Source of the DNA: a bacterium
Lineage (GTDB): Bacteria > UBA8248
Length of the DNA stretch: 64,000 nt
NCBI GenBank assembly: GCA_965203325.1
Contig: OZ241875.1
Span: forward strand, 3,520,001-3,584,000
Reading direction: 5' to 3'
Below, in pieces: positions 58,868 through 64,000 of the stretch (position 1 is its first letter; the number at the start of each line of letters is the position of its first letter). The notes beneath the pieces were generated by a model. It ran no database searches and had not been told where the DNA came from. It saw only the letters and a program-made list of their open reading frames with translations. Both the position numbers and the translations under genes were made by a program.

Positions 58868-60181
58868 TTGGGAAAGGGTGTTTGGGGAGTCGCGGCGTTG
58901 TTTGCCGTGTACGCCGCGCTGTACTGGCATCATGTGATCGCTGTGGCTATGCCGCTGCAGGCGCAGTTTTCCTATTTCGCCGGTTCATGTTCGGTGATAT
59001 GTATGGCGCTGGGCATGGTGTTCTCGGCGCGACCGCGCGCTATGGAGACGGCGTTCGGCGGTTTGGACCGGATGTACAGGCTGCACAAGCATCTCGGCGT
59101 CGCCGCCCTGTTGCTGTTCATAGCGCACTACGCGACCGTGCCGGGTGGACCGGAGGGAGACGCCGCGACACTCGGCGCGATCACCGCTCAAGGAGGCGCG
59201 CCCGCGCCAGTGGAGACCGCCGACCGGGAGGAAGGCCTGCCCATCGACCTCTTCGGCCTGGTCGCGATGATCGGCTTCACGCTGCTGATCATCATCACGC
59301 TGAACCGCAAGATTCCGTATCACATCTGGCTCAGGACCCATCGGTTCATGGGGCTGTTCTTCATCGTGGTCGGCATCCACGTCTTTCTGGTGCTCCTGGA
59401 CGGCGAGGAGGTCGCATTCCGCTCGGCTCCGGGCGTCTTCCTGTCGCTGCTCCTGCTCGCCGGACTGGTAGCCTATGCGTACAAGTTGCTCGTGCATCCG
59501 AAGAGGGCGAAACGCCCCTTCACCCTGACCGGGGTCAACAGGCTCGAGCGCGCGACCGAAGTGGTGCTGGAGCCAAAAGACGGAATGTTTCCCTTCGAGC
59601 CGGGGCAGTTCGCCTTCATCACCATCGACGCCGAAGGCTTCCGGGAAACGCATCCCTTCACCATCTCCTCGGGGGCGAGAGAGAAGAGGCTTCGCTTCAC
59701 GATGAAGGTGCTCGGCGACTACACCCGCCGGGTGCGCGACACGCTGGCCGCGGGCGCCGACGTCGACGTCGAGGGGCCCTACGGACGGTTCCATCCTCTG
59801 AAGGGTCCTGAAAAACAGGTGTGGGTCGCGGGGGGAATCGGGATCACACCGTTCCTCTCAGCACTGCGCACGATGGCGCCGGGACACGGCAAGACCGTCC
59901 GGCTCTATTACTGCGTGCGCACGGCGAGGGAGGCGCTGTTCTTCAGCGAACTGGAGGCGCGCGCGGACGAGGCGGGCGACGTGAGGATCACGCGGTTCGA
60001 CTCGGGCGCCGGTGCGCGGCTAGACGCGGACATAATCGAGGACGACCTTGATGGTGAATTGAGTGAGTGGAGCTATTATTTCTGCGGCCCGAAGTCGATG
60101 ATCTATTCCCTTTCCGGCGCCTTGACCAAACGGGGCGTGCCCGCGCGAAGCATCCATACCGAAGAATTCGAGTTGCGGTGA
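58868..60181 (+). CDS. Ferric reductase-like TM protein with FAD/NAD-binding domains
   Basis: MYRLHKHLG, THRF..H, HPFTISS, EGPYG, AGGIGITPF, FCGP, EEFELR. Confidence 0.92.
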   Translation: MGKGVWGVAALFAVYAALYWHHVIAVAMPLQAQFSYFAGSCSVICMALGMVFSARPRAMETAFGGLDRMYRLHKHLGVAALLLFIAHYATVPGGPEGDAATLGAITAQGGAPAPVETADREEGLPIDLFGLVAMIGFTLLIIITLNRKIPYHIWLRTHRFMGLFFIVVGIHVFLVLLDGEEVAFRSAPGVFLSLLLLAGLVAYAYKLLVHPKRAKRPFTLTGVNRLERATEVVLEPKDGMFPFEPGQFAFITIDAEGFRETHPFTISSGAREKRLRFTMKVLGDYTRRVRDTLAAGADVDVEGPYGRFHPLKGPEKQVWVAGGIGITPFLSALRTMAPGHGKTVRLYYCVRTAREALFFSELEARADEAGDVRITRFDSGAGARLDADIIEDDLDGELSEWSYYFCGPKSMIYSLSGALTKRGVPARSIHTEEFELR

Positions 60182-60572
60182 TTGCACGTCATGGCACGGT
60201 GTCAATGAGCAAGACCCGCCCAGGCCTTATATGTTTTCACAGCTGGATTCCGTATTCACGGTGGGCTGCGATTGCCGTTTCCGGGCAAGGGACCTGGAAA
60301 GACGTGTTCATGACGTTTCCGTAGGCCTTTTTCTCGCGGAAACCCTGTCATTTGTGAAATACACGCAATGGAAGGGACTGCAAATCATTCCCATCGAGTT
60401 TGTGGGGGATGAAAGAAACAACCGGGCGGGGTATGGGGTTTTCAAGTACCTGACGACACCTTGAAGCGGGAATGCGCCGGTCGAGGTCCGCCGTGGGCGG
60501 GACACGCCGGCGTATGAAGCGCCGATGACGGCCTGCGGACGCATGCCTGCAGTCCGTGGTCCGGTGCGAATA

Positions 60573-61859
60573 TCAGAACGAATTCGCCGCGATGAAGTCA
60601 TCGATCAGCCGGAACATTTCGCTGAACTTGGGATTGTAGGTCAGCCGCGCCAGGGCCTCCCCGCTTGGGGCGGCCGCAGCGCCGTCGCCGAACACCTCTC
60701 CCCGCCAGGGGCGCGGGGCAGCGAGGCAGCGCGCCACCGCCTCGGCGCTCGCGCCGGAACTCTGGCCGCAGTTCCGATAGTCGCCGTCCACGCCGTAGTG
60801 CGCATTGGCCGGCGCGATATGGAGCGATTGATGGGAGAAACCGGCGATCCGCTGCCCGGGCAGGAAACTGTTGCGGTAGCTGATCCGAGAGTCGGCCGGA
60901 TCGGCCACCTCCCGCGGGTCGCGGCGATACACGAGCAGCCGGCTGCCCGAATGAGAGAAGCGGTTCAGGAAGTAGTCGAGATTGGCGGCGGTGTTGATCA
61001 CGAAGTCATCGGCGCTCTGCGCCATGAATACGGGCGCCGAGACGCGGCGCTCCTCCAGCGATCGCGCCAACTCCCGGGTCAGCAGGAACGTTTCCGCAAT
61101 GGCGTTCACCGGCATCGCCTCATAGCGCGCGTAGTCATCCCGGGCGTCACGGTCCAGCCAATCGAAGACATGACGCAGCCAGACCGCCTGGCGGATCCAC
61201 CAGGCGCGCTCGAGCGCGAGAGCGGGCGAGAATATGAAGGCCCCGCGCACCGCGGCATCGGTGAGCAAAGCGTGTATGGAGAGCAATCCACCAAGCGAAA
61301 AGCCGCCGACGAAGACTTTGTCGACGTCGGTTTTCAGCGTCTTGAGCCCGAACCGGGTCGCCGCCAGCCAGTCGCCGCGATTTGCGTCTAACAGGTCTCC
61401 CGCCCGCGTGCCGTGGCCGGGCAGCAGCATCACCCGAACCAGAAAGCATCGCGCCGCGAACGCATCGGCCAAGTCACGCATGGCCAGGGGCACGTCGGAC
61501 AAACCGTGTAGAAGCAAGACGCCCCGGCCCGGGCGGCCACTCGCCGCCGGCAGGCATCGATCGGCGGGCGCTCGCTCGAAGGGAGTCGAAGCGGCGAGCT
61601 CCGTCTCCAACCGGCGCGGGTCCATGTACACCTTGTGGCGTTCGAGCCTTTTGCGCGTCTGCCGGACATAGTCGCCGAAATCGCGATAACGGCCGGGATC
61701 GAACGGCAATCCCTCGCCTGAGGGTTGAAACCGCGCACCATCGGCTTTCAGGCCCGGGGAAGATGTACCGGCGGAGAGCGATTGGTCGATCGCCACGAAT
61801 CCAAGCGCGGCAAGCAAACACGCCGCTGCGGCCATCACTCTCATGGTCACGTTACTCAA
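60573..61859 (-). CDS. Secreted alpha/beta hydrolase (esterase/lipase)
   Basis: Signal peptide; LLHGLSD, LPGHGT, GFSLGG nucleophile elbow. Confidence 0.88.
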   Translation of the reverse strand: MSNVTMRVMAAAACLLAALGFVAIDQSLSAGTSSPGLKADGARFQPSGEGLPFDPGRYRDFGDYVRQTRKRLERHKVYMDPRRLETELAASTPFERAPADRCLPAASGRPGRGVLLLHGLSDVPLAMRDLADAFAARCFLVRVMLLPGHGTRAGDLLDANRGDWLAATRFGLKTLKTDVDKVFVGGFSLGGLLSIHALLTDAAVRGAFIFSPALALERAWWIRQAVWLRHVFDWLDRDARDDYARYEAMPVNAIAETFLLTRELARSLEERRVSAPVFMAQSADDFVINTAANLDYFLNRFSHSGSRLLVYRRDPREVADPADSRISYRNSFLPGQRIAGFSHQSLHIAPANAHYGVDGDYRNCGQSSGASAEAVARCLAAPRPWRGEVFGDGAAAAPSGEALARLTYNPKFSEMFRLIDDFIAANSF

Positions 61860-62073
61860 CTGTTTCCGCTCCCGGGTTCACTTCACCTTCCGTTCAAGAT
61901 GCCATCTCCTGCGGTACGCTGCAAATCATTGATCGGGGACGGTGGACAATTGCCGGGGTGCTTTATCGGATGAGCCGCCTTCTCTTCCTCTTCGTTTTTT
62001 CCCGGAACACGGGTATAATGGCACTTCTCCAAAGGGTTTTCTTTCACCAGGGAAGCGCCGTGGGGGTTTCGAG

Positions 62074-63519
62074 ATGGACAGCGCCGGGTTCATCCAAAAG
62101 CTGACGGACGTGGTGGGGAAGGAATACATCCACACCGAGCCGGTGGCGCTCAGGACGTATGACTGCGACGCCCTCACGATCTACAAGGGCGTGCCATCGG
62201 CCGTCGTGTTGCCCGAGAGCACCGAGGAAGTCCGTCAAATCGTCGAAATCTGCCGCGAGTGCCGCGTTCCCCTGATCGCGAGAGGCGCGGGCACGGGCCT
62301 CTCGGGAGGCGCGACGCCGCTTCCGGGCGGCGTGCTCATCGTCTTCACGCGGATGAACAGGATCCTGGAAATCGACTATGAGAACCGCCTCGCGCGCGTG
62401 CAGACGGGTGTGGTGAACCTACACCTCACCCGGAAGACGCTGCCGCACGGTTTTCACTACGCGCCCGACCCGTCGAGCCAGGCGGCATGCACCATCGGCG
62501 GCAACGCGGCGGAGAACGCGGGCGGTGCGCATTGCCTGAAATACGGGATGACCTCGAACCACATCCTGGAGATGACGGTCGTCCTGCCCACGGGCGAGGT
62601 CGTGCACCTGGGCGCCGACGGGGAGGATTCGCCGGGTCTGGACCTGCGCGGATTCTTCATCGGCTCTGAGGGCACCTTCGCCGTCATCACGGAACTCACC
62701 GTGCGGCTCACGCCGAACCCCGAGAGCGTGCGCACGATGCTGGCCTGTTTCTCTCAAGTGGGGGATGCGTGCCGGACGGTAAGCGACGTCATTGCCGCAG
62801 GCGCCGTTCCCGCCGCGATGGAGTTGATGGACCGCTACACCATCGAGGCGGTCGAGACGGTGGTCAAGGCGGGCTATCCCAGGGACGCAGAGGCCGTCTT
62901 GCTGATCGAACTCGACGGCCTGCCGTCTTCCATCAAACCGCTCGAGACCCTGATTCGCGATGTATGCGAAAAAAACAATTGCTCTTCGTTTAATATCGCG
63001 CAGACCGAAGAGGAGCGCGAGAGCCTCTGGATGGGCCGGAAGAAGGCGTTCGGCGCCTTCGGGGTCATTGCGCCCGCCTACTATTGCCTCGACGGCACGG
63101 TTCCCCGCTCCAAGCTGGCGCAGGTGCTGGAAGAATTCGAAAAAATATCCGCCCGCTATGACTTGCGCATCACCAACGTGTTTCATGCCGGGGACGGGAG
63201 CCTCCATCCCAACGTTTTATTTGACGATCAGGTGCCCGGGGAGACCGAGCGGGTGATTGAATGCGGAGCGGAGGTGCTGCGCGCTTGCATCCGGGCCGGG
63301 GGCGTTCTTTCTGGCGAGCACGGCATCGGCATCGAGAAGATCAGGGAGATGAAGGAGCAGTTCGATGAACCCACGCTGTGGATCATGGAGCGCGTACGCG
63401 ACGCCATCGACGAGGACGGCCTGATGAACCCCGGCAAGATCATGCCCGATGAGGAAAACGTGTTCCCGGTCGCTTCCGGCGGCGCCCTCGCCCGGATGGG
63501 CGGGGGAATGACGAAATAA
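62074..63519 (+). CDS. glcD: Glycolate oxidase subunit GlcD-like FAD-linked oxidase
   Basis: ARGAGTGLSGGA, YAPDPSS, GGAHCLKYG, FHAGDG, GEHGIG, MNPGK. Confidence 0.9.
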   Translation: MDSAGFIQKLTDVVGKEYIHTEPVALRTYDCDALTIYKGVPSAVVLPESTEEVRQIVEICRECRVPLIARGAGTGLSGGATPLPGGVLIVFTRMNRILEIDYENRLARVQTGVVNLHLTRKTLPHGFHYAPDPSSQAACTIGGNAAENAGGAHCLKYGMTSNHILEMTVVLPTGEVVHLGADGEDSPGLDLRGFFIGSEGTFAVITELTVRLTPNPESVRTMLACFSQVGDACRTVSDVIAAGAVPAAMELMDRYTIEAVETVVKAGYPRDAEAVLLIELDGLPSSIKPLETLIRDVCEKNNCSSFNIAQTEEERESLWMGRKKAFGAFGVIAPAYYCLDGTVPRSKLAQVLEEFEKISARYDLRITNVFHAGDGSLHPNVLFDDQVPGETERVIECGAEVLRACIRAGGVLSGEHGIGIEKIREMKEQFDEPTLWIMERVRDAIDEDGLMNPGKIMPDEENVFPVASGGALARMGGGMTK

Positions 63520-63524
63520 ATCCC

Positions 63525-64000
63525 GTGGCTATCAAGCTCGATTCGTTCGCCCAAACCATAGAAGCAGACTTAGGCGATTCCGTCCTGTTGTCGGATGAGA
63601 GGGTGGAGTCGTACAGGCTGGGTGGCAAGACGCCCTCGGTCGTGGTGATCCCCGCCGATCACGAAGCTCTTTGTCGAGTTCTCTCTCGCGCGAACGAAGC
63701 GGGTCTTGCCGTATTCCCCTGGGGAGGAGGCACGGGCAGGAGGACGGGGTATGCGCCCGAGAGGTACGACGTGGCTCTCTCGCTGGAGCGCATGTCGAAG
63801 GCGGTGGAGTTTTTGAAAGACGACCTCACCGCCGTGGTGGAAGCGGGTATGAGCGTCGAGGACCTCAACAGGTTGACGGGCGCCGAGGGCCAGACGGCGG
63901 GTCTCGACCCCCCGCATCCGGGAACCTCCACGGTGGGGGGAGCCATCATCGCGGATCGTTCGGGTCCCATGCGGGTGCGCTGGGGCAAGGCGCGCGACCG
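63525..64000 (+). CDS. glcE: GlcE-like FAD-binding subunit (3'-truncated by window edge)
   Basis: Open frame from GTG 63525: PWGGGT, DLTAVVEAG, DPP, TVGG, SGPMRVRWGKARD; follows glcD. Confidence 0.8.
   Translation, partial: MAIKLDSFAQTIEADLGDSVLLSDERVESYRLGGKTPSVVVIPADHEALCRVLSRANEAGLAVFPWGGGTGRRTGYAPERYDVALSLERMSKAVEFLKDDLTAVVEAGMSVEDLNRLTGAEGQTAGLDPPHPGTSTVGGAIIADRSGPMRVRWGKARD

Noticed and set aside
60378..61930. 12-bp direct repeat CTGCAAATCATT flanking the hydrolase gene
   Set aside because: Repeats of this length are expected by chance in 64 kb; no integrase or tRNA nearby

Overview
GC-rich bacterial chromosomal window. Coding content: a large chaperone cluster (clpB, dnaK, CbpA-like dnaJ, hspR, htpX, grpE, dnaJ, DUF1844) followed by rpoZ, an aminotransferase, HU/IHF, queA and trmJ; an AT-rich operon of four orphan ORFs; a membrane-anchored Mo-bisPGD complex (fused Fe-S/NrfD subunit, catalytic subunit, TorD-like chaperone); korAB; an AttEFGH-like ABC system; a HicB-like/HicA pair; several catabolic enzymes including a second stand-alone Mo enzyme; a fused kinase-regulator next to a TbpB-like lipoprotein; and glcD/glcE. 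The most striking signal is non-coding. Three IS1182-family copies are each inserted with a 5-bp duplication into the loop of a C-tract/G-tract hairpin repeat, always in the same relative orientation. Several short intergenic elements carry the same 15-bp terminal repeat (GGGG[C/T]TGTTGAAAAA) around interchangeable palindromic modules (GTAG-REP doublets, CGTC palindromes and the IS target hairpins themselves). One of them (31780-32088) has perfect ends and a 5-bp duplication of a Shine-Dalgarno sequence. No tRNA, rRNA or CRISPR array was seen. All family calls come from motif recognition by eye, not database searches.
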